Shown in pieces: positions 1-10,800 of a DNA stretch of 58,928 nucleotides. Position 1 is the first letter of the stretch; every line of letters starts with the position of its first letter. The position numbers and the translations under genes were made by a program. Source of the DNA: Deltaproteobacteria bacterium (GTDB lineage: Bacteria; Desulfobacterota; BSN033; UBA1163); the NCBI GenBank assembly GCA_037444165.1, contig JBBIMX010000007.1, positions 1 to 58,928 on the forward strand, given 5' to 3'. The notes under the pieces are model-generated. The model worked only from the letters and a program-made list of their open reading frames with translations, did no database searches and was not told where the DNA came from.

Positions 1-163
1 ATACCTTTAACCGTTTGGCACTATGGATGAATTCCCTGAACAGGTTTGTTTTTCTCTTAAACGATGGTTAGCCAATTCACTTCTCAATGCCTGCATTCGA
101 AGGATTTGGAACCCTACCTCCCCAGTCTTTCTATGACTTTTTCAGAGCTCTCCTAAAGGCAAC

Positions 164-193
164 TTGACAAAAAAGAGTTGGGAAAGATAGATT
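164..193 (+). promoter_or_regulatory. sigma70-type promoter upstream of ndk
   Basis: TTGACA (164-169), 18-nt spacer, TAGATT (188-193); GGAGG RBS at 221-225. Confidence 0.6.
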
Positions 194-230
194 TTAGAGT
201 GGATTGTAAACTCTTGCGAAGGAGGATCAA

Positions 231-650
231 ATGGAAAGAACACTTTCGATTGTGAAACCGGACGGGGTGAAGAAGGGTTTGATTGGTGAAGTCGTTAGAC
301 GATTCGAAAACCATGGGCTAAAAGTGGTAGGGATGAAGATGGTCTACATGAATAAGAAGGAAGCAGAAGGGTTTTATGGAGTTCATCGCGAAAAACCCTT
401 CTTTGAAAGTTTAACGAATTTCATGTCTTCAGGCCCATGCGTGGTGATGGTTCTTGAAGGGGAAGATGCCATTCAGAAAACAAGAGAGCTGATGGGAGAA
501 ACAGACCCTGCGAAGGCGAAGGAGGGGACTTTGAGACATCAATTTGGAAGCAATATCGAAAGAAATGTGGTCCATGGGTCGGATGGACCTCAAACGGCGG
601 CCTTTGAGATTAGTTATTTCTTTAATGCCTTAGAGATTTTTGAGTATTAG
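231..650 (+). CDS. ndk: nucleoside diphosphate kinase
   Basis: ERTLSIVKPDGV N-terminus and NVVHGSD phospho-His motif; 139 aa. Confidence 0.98.
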   Translation: MERTLSIVKPDGVKKGLIGEVVRRFENHGLKVVGMKMVYMNKKEAEGFYGVHREKPFFESLTNFMSSGPCVVMVLEGEDAIQKTRELMGETDPAKAKEGTLRHQFGSNIERNVVHGSDGPQTAAFEISYFFNALEIFEY

Positions 651-658
651 AAGGAGTC

Positions 659-1723
659 TTGGAAAAGATCGATCTAAAAAACCTGAGTCCCCAAGAATTA
701 GAAGGCCTTCTTTCCTCTTTTGGGAAGGAACGATACCGTGCCCTTCAGATCCTGAGATGGCTTTATCAGAAAGGGGTTCATACCATCGATGAGATGACGA
801 ATCTCTCCAAGAAGCTCCGTCAGGATTTGAATCAAATCGCCTACATTTCCCATCTTTCCTTAGTCCGAGCAGAAGAAAGCAGAGACGGCACAAAGAAGTT
901 TCTCTTTGAACTCCAGGATGGGGAGGGGATTGAGAGTGTTCTTATCCCGGATCGAAGAAGGCTAACTCTATGTCTCTCCACTCAGGTTGGATGTGCCATG
1001 GGTTGTCGATTCTGTTTGACCGGAAAGATTGGCTTTAAACGGAATCTCACCCTTTCGGAGATGCTTAATCAGATCCTGGGAGTGAGGGAGACCCTGTCCC
1101 GAGAAGAATCCATCACCAATATCGTTTTGATGGGAATGGGAGAACCCCTGGCTAACTATCAGAATACCCTGAAAGCGATCGAATTGATGACCCACCCGGA
1201 GGCCTTCAATTTTTCCTACCGACGGGTGACTCTTTCGACCGTAGGCCTTCTTCCAGAACTGGAAGATCTGACAAGAGAGAAGCTCCGATTCCGTCTCGCC
1301 CTCTCTCTCAATGCCTCCGATGAGGAGACAAGGGATCGCCTTATGCCCATCAATCGGCGATATCCTTTAAGGGAGATTTTAAAGGTCTGCCGAAATGTTC
1401 CTCTCCACCGGAGGGATCGGATTACTTTCGAATACGTTTTGATCGAAGGAGAAAATGACTCGGTGAAAGAAGCAAAAGGGGTGGTCAAGCTATTGAAGGG
1501 AATCCCTTCGAAGGTTAATTTGATTCCCCTCAATGAGGCTCCTGAAATTCCCTACAAAAGACCTTCTGATGAGAAGATAAGGAGATTTCAAGAGATTCTA
1601 ATCGCGGGAGGCCTTACGGCGATAGTCCGAAGAAGTAAGGGAGCCGACATCTCGGCTGCCTGCGGCCAGCTTCAAGGGAAAGAGAGAAGAAGGGCGTTTG
1701 ACAGGATTTTGGAAATCCATTAA
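659..1723 (+). CDS. rlmN: 23S rRNA m2A2503/tRNA m2A37 radical SAM methyltransferase
   Basis: CxxxCxxC (CAMGCRFC), MGMGEP and AACGQL motifs; TTG start after AAGGAG. Confidence 0.96.
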   Translation: MEKIDLKNLSPQELEGLLSSFGKERYRALQILRWLYQKGVHTIDEMTNLSKKLRQDLNQIAYISHLSLVRAEESRDGTKKFLFELQDGEGIESVLIPDRRRLTLCLSTQVGCAMGCRFCLTGKIGFKRNLTLSEMLNQILGVRETLSREESITNIVLMGMGEPLANYQNTLKAIELMTHPEAFNFSYRRVTLSTVGLLPELEDLTREKLRFRLALSLNASDEETRDRLMPINRRYPLREILKVCRNVPLHRRDRITFEYVLIEGENDSVKEAKGVVKLLKGIPSKVNLIPLNEAPEIPYKRPSDEKIRRFQEILIAGGLTAIVRRSKGADISAACGQLQGKERRRAFDRILEIH

Positions 1724-1751
1724 CATCTTGAATAAAAAACGGAGGTCAAGG

Positions 1752-2615
1752 ATGCCCGAAAAGATGGTCGGGATAATTGGCGGTTCTGGTCTTTATGAAA
1801 TGGAGGGGCTTGAACACATCGAAACCCTCTCATTAACTACCCCTTTTGGAGATCCCTCAGATTCGCTCGTGATCGGACGACTGGAGGGAGTAAAGGTGGC
1901 CTTTCTCCCCCGTCATGGGAGAGGCCATCGAATTCAACCTTCCTCCCTCAATTTCAGGGCAAATATTTATGCCATGAAGACGATCGGCGTGGAGTGGATC
2001 ATTGGGGTAAGTGCGGTCGGTTCCATGAAGGAATCGATCCATCCCGGAGATATGGTCATTCCCAATCAGTTTATTGACCGGACCGTTGGTAGAGTGAACA
2101 CTTTCTTTAGCGAGGGGATTGTCTGTCATATCAGTTTTGCTGATCCGGTATGCCCGACTCTCCATCAGATTCTGGTTGAAGCAGGTCGGGAGATCGGGGC
2201 CGTCGTTCATCCGGAGGGAACCTATCTTTGCATAGAGGGTCCTCAGTTCTCAACCCGTGCAGAGTCCAGACTCTATCGGACCTGGGGAGTGGATGTCATC
2301 GGAATGACCAATCTGCCTGAGGCAAAATTGGCTCGGGAGGCTGAAATCTGTTATGCCACAATTGCCTTCGCCACAGACTATGACTGCTGGCATCCCGAGG
2401 CCGGGGATGTCTCGATAGGAGAAGTCCTTAGGATCTTGGCCCAAAGCACAAAGAAGGCTCAAACAGCCATCCGAATCGCATTGAAACATCTTCCCGAAAA
2501 GAGAGACTGCATCTGTGCCAGTGCCCTTCGATATGCGTTGATCACCAATAAGAAGTTGATCCCGGAGAAGACCAAAAAAGACCTTGCCCCCATCATTGGA
2601 AAGTACATTCGATGA
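1752..2615 (+). CDS. mtnP: S-methyl-5'-thioadenosine phosphorylase
   Basis: GIIGGSG, RHGRGH, EGPQFSTRAES, GMTNLPEAKLAREAE and TDYDCW motifs; start moved to the ATG after GGAGG. Confidence 0.95.
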   Translation: MPEKMVGIIGGSGLYEMEGLEHIETLSLTTPFGDPSDSLVIGRLEGVKVAFLPRHGRGHRIQPSSLNFRANIYAMKTIGVEWIIGVSAVGSMKESIHPGDMVIPNQFIDRTVGRVNTFFSEGIVCHISFADPVCPTLHQILVEAGREIGAVVHPEGTYLCIEGPQFSTRAESRLYRTWGVDVIGMTNLPEAKLAREAEICYATIAFATDYDCWHPEAGDVSIGEVLRILAQSTKKAQTAIRIALKHLPEKRDCICASALRYALITNKKLIPEKTKKDLAPIIGKYIR

Positions 2616-2616
2616 G

Positions 2617-3078
2617 ATGAAGTTTCTGGTTGATCGGATGTTGGGAAAGTTAGTTAAAGGACTAAGAATGTTTGGGTATGATACCCTCTATTATCGAGGA
2701 AATGATACCTACCAGCTCTTCCGTCTGGCTCGTGAAGAAGGCAGGGTGATTCTGACCCGTCGTTCAAAATTGGTTCCCAAAAGACCCGACGATCAGGTGG
2801 TCCGAATCAGGGAAGACCGCCCCTGGGCTCAGCTCAAAGAGTTGATCGAAAAAGGATGGATTACCCTCCATGAAGAGGCTCTCTTTTCCCGATGCCTCCT
2901 TTGCAATCGTCTCCTTGAGGAGGCTTCACGAGAAGAGGTAGAAGGTTGTGTTCCAGAGTTCATCTTCTATCAACACGAACATTTTTTTCGATGCCCTCAA
3001 TGTCAGAAGATATACTGGCCAGGCTCCCACCAAGAACATATGAATCAAAAAATAAGAGAGTTATTCAGAAGAGGATAA
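2617..3078 (+). CDS. Mut7-C RNase (PIN-like) domain protein with Zn ribbon
   Basis: KFLVDRMLGKL..LRMFGYD, ILTR, RCLLCN..CPQCQKIYWPGSH pattern. Confidence 0.85.
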   Translation: MKFLVDRMLGKLVKGLRMFGYDTLYYRGNDTYQLFRLAREEGRVILTRRSKLVPKRPDDQVVRIREDRPWAQLKELIEKGWITLHEEALFSRCLLCNRLLEEASREEVEGCVPEFIFYQHEHFFRCPQCQKIYWPGSHQEHMNQKIRELFRRG

Positions 3079-3085
3079 CGAGGGA

Positions 3086-3634
3086 ATGCGGATCATCGGC
3101 GGGATTTCAAAAGGAAGAAGACTCTCCTCCCCAAAGGGTTCATCCATTCGCCCGACCTCGGACCGAGTCAAAGAAACGATATTTAATATTCTGGGAAAAG
3201 AGGTCGAAGGAAAGGTGGTATTAGATCTCTTTGCAGGAACGGGGAATTTAGGGATGGAGGCCCTAAGCCGTGGAGCATTAAAGACGGTCTTTGTAGAAAA
3301 GGCAAAAGAGGCGCTTCGAATCATTCAAAAAAATCTTCTTCAGAGTGGCTTTGCCATCCGATCAGAGATTATTTCAAAGGATGTCAGCCGTGCCATTCCC
3401 CTTCTCGAAAGGCGAGGCGATGCCTTTGATCTCATTTTCATGGACCCTCCTTATGAAAAAGGATGGGTCCAAAAGATTCTAAACCAACTCCGAGATCATC
3501 CCATTTATCATCGGGAGACGATTTTAGTCATTGAACATAGTCGTAGAGAGCCTCTTCCTGCGGACCTTTCTGGATGGGAGATCATTCGACAGCGAATGAT
3601 TGGTGACACGGTTCTCTCTTTTTTGAAGGGCTAA
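3086..3634 (+). CDS. rsmD: 16S rRNA m2G966 methyltransferase
   Basis: MRIIGG, RPTSDRVKE, LDLFAGTG and DPPY motifs. Confidence 0.95.
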   Translation: MRIIGGISKGRRLSSPKGSSIRPTSDRVKETIFNILGKEVEGKVVLDLFAGTGNLGMEALSRGALKTVFVEKAKEALRIIQKNLLQSGFAIRSEIISKDVSRAIPLLERRGDAFDLIFMDPPYEKGWVQKILNQLRDHPIYHRETILVIEHSRREPLPADLSGWEIIRQRMIGDTVLSFLKG

Positions 3635-3710
3635 ATTCTTCACCCCCTTGGGGGCGGACTTTCATAGGAGCCAGAAGATGAGATCAAAGAGGAAAGGAGA
3701 AAAAGGCGAA

Positions 3711-4229
3711 ATGGGAAAAGTCGCGATCTATCCGGGGTCTTTCGATCCTCTCACCTACGGGCATATCGATATCGTCGAGCGGGCACTGGAGATCTTTGAC
3801 AAAGTGATTTTAGCGATTGCTCATGATGCCGAGAAGAAACCTCTCTTTACGGTCGAGGAACGGGTTGAGATGGCAAAGACCATCTTCAAAGATAACCCCA
3901 ATGTGATCGTAGAGAGCTTCAAAGGACTATTGGTGAATTATGTGGAGAAGACCAATGCAAAGGTGATCCTTCGGGGCCTTCGAGCGACCTCTGATTTCGA
4001 ATACGAATTCCATATGGCCTCGATGAACCGAAGTCTCAGCACCCATCTGGACACCCTTTTTATGATGACCAGTAAAGACTACTTCTTCGTTTCCTCAAGA
4101 ACGATCAAGGAGGTGGCCAGACTGGGAGGGGTGGTGGAAGGATTGGTCCCTGATCTTGTGGCAAGAAAATTAAAGGAAAAATTTAAACTCCCTCTCCCAA
4201 AAAGAAAACTCATCGGTTGGGAGGACTGA
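3711..4229 (+). CDS. coaD: phosphopantetheine adenylyltransferase
   Basis: YPGSFDPLTYGH, RGLR..SDFEYE, VSSRTIKEVA; start moved to MGKVAIY. Confidence 0.96.
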   Translation: MGKVAIYPGSFDPLTYGHIDIVERALEIFDKVILAIAHDAEKKPLFTVEERVEMAKTIFKDNPNVIVESFKGLLVNYVEKTNAKVILRGLRATSDFEYEFHMASMNRSLSTHLDTLFMMTSKDYFFVSSRTIKEVARLGGVVEGLVPDLVARKLKEKFKLPLPKRKLIGWED

Positions 4230-4243
4230 TCAAAAGAGACGGT

Positions 4244-5131
4244 TCAATCCTCGGAGGAATCCTCCTCCTGTCGTTTCAGGTAAGCCTGGATGTAGATCAC
4301 CTTATCCTCTTTCGACCCCTCTTCTTTTGATATGGAAGAGGTCTCTTGCTCGGATCGGCGATAAGCCTCTTCTAATTTGCTGATGACCTCCTGAAGTTTA
4401 GGATCCTCCTTTACAAGTTCATTGACCTGCTGGTCAAAATAATCGCTGGCCCTCTCAAGATGAGAAAAGTCAATCTCTACTCCAGTCAGATGGGCCAGTT
4501 TCTTCAAGACATGGTAGGCCACCTTCACATTTCTTGCTTGAAGATACTGCGGGGCATGTCCCCAGAGGCTAATGGCTGAAAGCCCATTCTGCTTGGCTCT
4601 ACTTAAGAGGAATGTATGAATACTAATGGGGCCGGTATATTCGGTGAGACGAAGTCCTGCCTGAACCACTTCGTCCTTTAGCTCTTCCTGATTGAAGAGG
4701 GCGCTGACCATCACCGGAAAGGTATGGGGGATATAATCATAAGTCCCTCCAAGGGTAAGGAGCCTGGAGACCTCAAAATCTCGAGCCAATTCAAGAATGA
4801 GGTTGGCGAAGAGATTCCATTGATAGTGGGGCTCGATTCCATAAAAAAAGATGAAGTCTTTCCCTGAAAGATTCGTCTTGTAATAGAAATGGTTTCCCGT
4901 GGATTTTAATTCCAATATCTTCCCTCCACGAATGATCCCTGTAGGGCGAAGAGAGGTCATCTGATAAAATGGTTCAAGAGGAAGGGTAGCAAATCGTTTG
5001 GCTCTCAGATGCTCGATGAGAAACTGAAGGGAAAAGGAAGAGATCTCTGCGGCATTGGGCCACCCCCCAAATCCTAAAATGAAATAGGGTTTTTTCAAGA
5101 TAGGCCTTTCTTCGTATAGAATCTCAACCAT
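4244..5131 (-). CDS. PAC2 (proteasome assembly chaperone-like) family protein
   Basis: GFGGWPNA, EP..QW, LGG..PHT, YTGP.SI, LWGHAPQY and a helical C-terminus typical of the PAC2 family. Confidence 0.8.
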   Translation of the reverse strand: MVEILYEERPILKKPYFILGFGGWPNAAEISSFSLQFLIEHLRAKRFATLPLEPFYQMTSLRPTGIIRGGKILELKSTGNHFYYKTNLSGKDFIFFYGIEPHYQWNLFANLILELARDFEVSRLLTLGGTYDYIPHTFPVMVSALFNQEELKDEVVQAGLRLTEYTGPISIHTFLLSRAKQNGLSAISLWGHAPQYLQARNVKVAYHVLKKLAHLTGVEIDFSHLERASDYFDQQVNELVKEDPKLQEVISKLEEAYRRSEQETSSISKEEGSKEDKVIYIQAYLKRQEEDSSED

Positions 5132-5153
5132 CCTCTTTGATCCTCCACCGAAT

Positions 5154-5183
5154 AGTCTATAATTTAGTCCTTCCCAGTGTCAA
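5154..5183 (-). promoter_or_regulatory. sigma70-type promoter for the PAC2 gene
   Basis: minus strand TTGACA-18 nt-TAGACT. Confidence 0.55.
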
Positions 5184-5193
5184 TTCTTTAAGT

Positions 5194-6096
5194 TTAGTCC
5201 ATATCAAGGGGCCTTCCGACAATCCTTTGATAAGCCTCAAGGTATTTTTCCCTTGTCTTCCGAATGATCTCCTCTGGGAGATGGGGTGCGGGAGGGGTTT
5301 TGTTCCATTTGATCGATAGGAGATAATCTCTCAAGAATTGTTTATCAAAACTTTTTTGAGGAGAACCGGGGCGATACTCATCTTTGGGCCAGAACCTCGA
5401 GGAATCAGGAGTGAGGAGCTCATCGACGAGGATGAGTTTTCCATTCCACAACCCGAACTCCATCTTGGTATCGGCAATAAGGATCCCTCGAGCCTCTGCG
5501 AAGGTTCTGGCCATCTTATAGATAGAAAGGGAGAGAGATCTGATTTGACTTGCGAGATCCCTTCCAATCTCTTTTTCGACCCTCTCAAAAGGGATGTTTT
5601 CATCGTGTTGACCTGCCTCGGCTTTGGTGGCAGGGGTAAAGATGGGTTCTTCTAATCTCGAAGATTCCAGCAAACCCTTTGGAAGAGGAATTCCACAAAC
5701 CTCTCCCGTTTTCTGATACTCCTCCCATCCCGACCCTGTTAGATATCCCCTCACTACACACTCAATTGGAAGAACCTCAGCCTTGAGAACCATCATCGTC
5801 CTTCCTCGCAGGATATCCTTGTAAGGAGAGCACTCTTCGGGAAAATCCTCGACCTCTGTCGAAAGAAGATGATTGGGAACAATCTCGCGGGTCAAATCGA
5901 ACCAGAACTTGGAAAGTTGGGTCAGGATTCTCCCCTTATCAGGAATGGGAGTAGGCATAACCACATCGAAGGCAGAGATCCGATCGGTCGCTACAATCAG
6001 GAGCCGGTCTCCTAAGTCGTAGATGTCCCTGACCTTCCCTCTTCCCTTCAATTTCAGGGGGCTAAGTTCGGTTTGTGAAATGACCTGAGAAGCCAT
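5194..6096 (-). CDS. purC: SAICAR synthetase
   Basis: [53 protein letters not shown]. Confidence 0.97.
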   Translation of the reverse strand: MASQVISQTELSPLKLKGRGKVRDIYDLGDRLLIVATDRISAFDVVMPTPIPDKGRILTQLSKFWFDLTREIVPNHLLSTEVEDFPEECSPYKDILRGRTMMVLKAEVLPIECVVRGYLTGSGWEEYQKTGEVCGIPLPKGLLESSRLEEPIFTPATKAEAGQHDENIPFERVEKEIGRDLASQIRSLSLSIYKMARTFAEARGILIADTKMEFGLWNGKLILVDELLTPDSSRFWPKDEYRPGSPQKSFDKQFLRDYLLSIKWNKTPPAPHLPEEIIRKTREKYLEAYQRIVGRPLDMD

Positions 6097-6115
6097 CTAT
6101 AACCTCCTTCTTTCA

Positions 6116-6143
6116 TTGACTTTTTTCTAAAAAATGTTATCTT
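6116..6143 (+). promoter_or_regulatory. possible sigma70 promoter (extended -10)
   Basis: TTGACT-16 nt-TATCTT preceded by TG. Confidence 0.4.
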
Positions 6144-6211
6144 TTCCTTCAATCCGCTTTCCTCTCTGGGACTCACCAGAGAGTTGGAAAAAATAGGACA
6201 TCGCTCAATCG

Positions 6212-6805
6212 ATGATTGGAAATCGAATAGGACATCGATTAGACCCTTACCTTTTCTCTTTTCTTAAGAAATTTTTAAATCAACATAGCAATCCAAATTT
6301 ATTTACCTGGATGGGTTTCTTTGTTACCCTCCTTGCTTCCTTCTTCCTTCTTAAAGAAACCTGGTTCCTTGCCGGAGTCTTTATCATCCTTTCCGGTCTC
6401 TTTGACCTCTTTGATGGGGTGGTTGCTCGAAAACTCAATAAGGTCACTTCCTACGGGAGTTTTTTGGATTCCGTCTTGGATCGATATTCAGATCTTATCC
6501 TCCTCTTAGCCATTCTCGTCTATTATCTTCAAAAAGGAAATCTAAGGGCCGTCATTCTTACTGGTTTTGTAAGCATGGGAACAGCATTAATTCCTTACAT
6601 AAGGGCGAAGGCAGAATCCCTTGGAATTGAATGCACCATTGGATTGATGGAGAGGGCTGAAAGAATCATCCTTCTTACGCTTGGTGTCCTCTTCCAGTGG
6701 TTAATTCCTATCCTTTGGATTCTTGCCATTCTTACCCACTTTACCGTCTTTCAGCGAATCTATTATGTCCGCAAAAGACTTCGATCCAAGGAAACTCACC
6801 TCTGA
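6212..6805 (+). CDS. CDP-alcohol phosphatidyltransferase (phosphatidylinositol-phosphate synthase-like)
   Basis: DxxDGxxAR...GxxxDxxxD signature (DLFDGVVAR..GSFLDSVLD); YIRAKAES..GLMERAER C-terminal motif. Confidence 0.85.
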   Translation: MIGNRIGHRLDPYLFSFLKKFLNQHSNPNLFTWMGFFVTLLASFFLLKETWFLAGVFIILSGLFDLFDGVVARKLNKVTSYGSFLDSVLDRYSDLILLLAILVYYLQKGNLRAVILTGFVSMGTALIPYIRAKAESLGIECTIGLMERAERIILLTLGVLFQWLIPILWILAILTHFTVFQRIYYVRKRLRSKETHL

Positions 6806-7860
6806 TTCGCCATTCTTTTGACCTCACTGACTAAGACTCTTAAAAAATCCTCCTCCTTCACCTTTTTCACAATCTCTCCTTTTCTAAAAAGGACCCCGAC
6901 CCTCTTTCCTCCCGCAATCCCCACATCTGCCTCCCGTGCCTCTCCCGGACCATTGACCACACATCCCATAATAGCCACAACCATAGGGGTAGAAATCGCT
7001 TGGACCTCTCTTCTAACATGCTTGACTAAAGGGAGCAAATCGATTTCACATCGCCCACAGGTAGGACAGGAGATGATCTCTATCCCTCTTTGACGAAGCT
7101 TGAGGGTGCGGAGGATTTCATAACCTACCCGAACCTCCTCTATAGGGTCAGCGGTCAAAGAAACCCGAAGGGTATCTCCTATTCCTTCGAGAAGGAGAAC
7201 CCCAATTCCAATTGAGGATTTTACGATGGCAGAGGAGTCTATTCCTGCTTCTGTAATCCCCAGATGAAGGGGATAGTCCGATCGGTCAGAAAAGAGGCGA
7301 TAGGCTTCGATCGTCTTTGGAACATCGGAGGCTTTCAAAGAGACTTTGATGAGGCCAAAGCCGAGCTCTTCCATAAACTCTATAGTCCTCAGGGCACTGA
7401 CCACCATGGCCTCCGCCGTAGCCTCTCCAAATCTTTTTAATAGGTCCTTCTCAAGGGAGCCCGCATTGACTCCAACCCGAATGGGAATAGAGCGTTGCTT
7501 CGCTTCCAATACAATCCTTCTCAATCGTTCCTTCCCTCCAATATTTCCTGGATTGATCCGGATCGCATCGGCCCCGTACTCCATCGCCCTCAATGCAAGT
7601 CGCTCATGGAAGTGGATGTCGGCTATAAGAGGGATGTGGATGCTCTTCTTGATTACTTTTATCGCTCGAGCCGCCTCCTCGTCAGGAACGGCTACCCGAA
7701 CTAATTCACAACCTGCTTCCTCGAGACGCCGGATCTGTTTGACCGTCTTTCGAATATCTCTGGTATCGGTCTTGGTCATGGATTGAACGGAGACGGGGGC
7801 ATCTCCCCCTATCCTCACCGAGCCTATCGAAATCTGCTTTGTAATTCGACGATGGATCAT
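6796..7860 (-). CDS. ispG: 4-hydroxy-3-methylbut-2-en-1-yl diphosphate synthase
   Basis: VQSMT, ADIHF, RINPGN, CPTCGR and MGCVVNGPGE motifs; ATG overlaps the upstream TGA. Confidence 0.97.
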   Translation of the reverse strand: MIHRRITKQISIGSVRIGGDAPVSVQSMTKTDTRDIRKTVKQIRRLEEAGCELVRVAVPDEEAARAIKVIKKSIHIPLIADIHFHERLALRAMEYGADAIRINPGNIGGKERLRRIVLEAKQRSIPIRVGVNAGSLEKDLLKRFGEATAEAMVVSALRTIEFMEELGFGLIKVSLKASDVPKTIEAYRLFSDRSDYPLHLGITEAGIDSSAIVKSSIGIGVLLLEGIGDTLRVSLTADPIEEVRVGYEILRTLKLRQRGIEIISCPTCGRCEIDLLPLVKHVRREVQAISTPMVVAIMGCVVNGPGEAREADVGIAGGKRVGVLFRKGEIVKKVKEEDFLRVLVSEVKRMANQR

Positions 7861-10800
7861 GCTGACCCCGTTTTTCTTGAAGCTCTCCACTTCTCGACTA
7901 TAAAATAGAGAGTTGGAATAAACACCAAAGTAAGAAACATCGAGGTGAGCAACCCTCCAATGACCGCAATCGCCAAAGAGGCATTGGCTTCCGCACCTTC
8001 CCCCAAACCCAGCGCCATAGGAGTGAGGCCAAAGACGGTTGTGAGAGAAGTCATCAGGATAGGTCTGAGTCTGATTCTTCCTCCACGAACTATCGCCTCT
8101 TTCAATTCAAACCCTTCTTCTTTATAGAGCCGATTGATGAACTCAATCAGGATGATGGCATTGCTGACCACAATCCCCACCATCATGATGATCCCGATAA
8201 AAGAGATCACGCTCAATGTATTTCCAGTTAAAAATAGGGCCCATAGTACTCCAATGAATCCCAAGGGGACAGAAAACATGATCAAAAGAGGATGAAGAAG
8301 AGAACCAAATTGGGAAGCCAGAACCATATAGACTAAGAGAATGGCCAGGATTAGAGAGAAGATAAGCATTTGAAAAGCTTCTTTCTGTTCAAGACGGGCC
8401 CCTTTGAGAGTGACACTAAATCCTTGGGGGATCTTCATTTTTGAAATCTTCTCTTCGATCTCTGAGGCAATGGAGCCGAGGTCTCTCCCGCTCGTATTGG
8501 CAGTGACATGGATGATTCTCTGTTGATACTTCCTTTCCAACTGGACAGGACCCCGGGTTTGAATGATCTCGGCTACATTGGCTAAGGGAATGGCCTTCCC
8601 ATCGAGGGCAGGGATGGGCAAATGGAGTAAATCCTCAGGCCTTCTTCTGTCCTCCTCTCTTAGTCTTACCCTAATCTTATGTTCTCGCCCCGTCTTAGGG
8701 TCCACATAGATGGCTGCCTCAATCCCTTCAATGGCTCCCCGGACGATCTCGGAGACCCGCGAGGTAGTCAAACCGAAAGAGGAAACTCGATCAGGACGAA
8801 TTCTGACCTGAAATTCGGGCAGTCCCTCCTCTCTTCCGATCTGAATATCTGTGATCCCTCGAACTTCTTTGAGAAGGGCTTCAATCTCTTTGGCGAGTCG
8901 ACTCCCGGTAGGGATATCATAACCAAGAATCTCCACATCAATCGGTTCATCCGCCCCAAAAGACATCACTCTTGAAATAATTCCACCTGGGAAAACGGTG
9001 ATCAGGACTCCTGGAATATTCCTTACCTTCTCCCGTAAGGCACGAGCAATCATCTCGGAAGACCTTTTTCTTTCAGATTGGTCGACCAGCATGAGGGACG
9101 CAGAACCGGTATGGGGGCCTGCGAATCTTCCCCCAAAGATCACAGATCTTCCTCTCCCGCTCCCTGCCCTCGCCCAAAGCGAGCTCAATTCGGAAACCTC
9201 GGAGAATATGATAGTCTCCACTTTTTCTACTATTTTTTTGGTCTCTTCCAGGGGTGATCCAGGAGGGAGTCTGATTCCCATCCGGACCTGTCCTTCATCG
9301 GAGGGAGGAAAGAATTCTGTCCCGAGAAGGGGAATAAGAAAGAGAGAACCCGAAAATATCACCCCCACTGCCAGCACCACAAGTCCTCTATGGGAGAGGG
9401 CAAATTCAATTCCTCTCTGATAGGACTGGTCGATCCAAAAGAAGAGGGCCTGAGTTTTTTGAAACAGGGAATGGGTCACTGAAGCTCTTTTCTCCTCTCC
9501 TTTACTGGCCCTCAAAAATCTGGAGGTAAGAATGGGAACAATCGTGAGAGAACCAAAGAGGGAGGCTAAAAGGGAAAAGGCCACGGTATAGGCCATCTGA
9601 ACGAAAAGGAGGGCTGCAATTCCCTTCACAAAAGCCAATGGAAGAAAGACCACAATACTGGTAATGGTCGCCGCGATAACGGGTTTGCTGACCTCTCGAG
9701 CCCCCTTATAGGAAGCCTCCATTGGAGACTCTCCCAATTCAAGATGACGGTTGATGTTTTCGAGAACGACAATCGCATCATCCACCAGCCTCCCCACTCC
9801 AAGAGCCAATCCTCCGAGGGTCATGATATTGATAGTGAACTTTCCAAAATAGAGAAGAACAAACGTGCATATAATGGATATGGGAATGGAGTGGGCAATG
9901 ATGAGGGTACTGGTCACATTTCTCAGAAAAAGAAAGATGATGATGGCCGCAAGGAAGGCGCCCATCAGGGCCTCTTTCTGAAGATTCTGGATGGATTTTC
10001 GAATAAATGTGGATTGATCATTAATGATCTGAAGGGAGACCCCTTTAGGGAGTTCCTTTTGAATCTCAGGAAGAATCTTGCGGACATTATCAACAACAGA
10101 GACGGTATTTCCCCCGATCTGTTTTTGAACCCCAATGACGATGCCGCGGACTCCATTCACATGGACCTCTGTTTCTGCGTCTTCCGCTCCATCCCGAACC
10201 CTTCCAATGTCTCTTAAACGAACAGGGGTCCCGTTATGGGAATGAACCACAATCTCCTCAAGCTCCTTCACCACAGGAGAACGGCCAATCGTCCTTACGA
10301 CATATTCCCTTCCACCCGTCTTCAAACTTCCTCCCGGTTTATCCATAAACCCTGCCCGGACGGCTTGAGCCACCTTATCTAATGGGAGATTCATTCCCTC
10401 AAGTTTTGATCTTTCCAGTTCGATTTGAATCTCTCTCACCTGCCCCCCAAAGACATTGGCCGAGGCCACGCCTTTCTGACTCTCCAACCGGGGTGCAATG
10501 AAGTCCTCGGCTAACTCCCTGAGCTGAAACTCGTCCATGGGTCCTGTAAGAGAAAGGACGAGGACAGATATCTGGGAGGGGTCGAATTTAATAATGACCG
10601 GGAGTTTAGCCTCTTCAGGGAAGAGGTCCTGAATCTGACTTAAAGCCTGTTGAATGTCCGTAGAGGCAAGATCCAGATTAGTTCCCCAATAAAACTCAAT
10701 GTTCACAATGGAAATCCCTTCCCTTGAACGGGAAGAGACAAACCGGACATTCTGAATCCGACTCACCCTTTTTTCAATGGGGCGGGTGATACTGATCTCG

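Noticed and set aside
1-160. Possible gene fragment and a TGGCAC sigma54-like half-site at the window start
   Set aside because: Only short frames with no recognisable motif; the TGGCAC has no GC at the -12 position.
1698-1751. N-terminal extensions in the ORF track (also for coaD, ahcY, hom, acuC, mlaF, ilvD, ybeY and DegT)
   Set aside because: They overlap neighbouring genes or the tRNA. Downstream starts fit the family N-termini better and mostly have an RBS.
8679-10217. Several 60-157 aa plus-strand ORFs inside the RND gene
   Set aside because: Antisense shadows of a well-supported gene, with no motifs.
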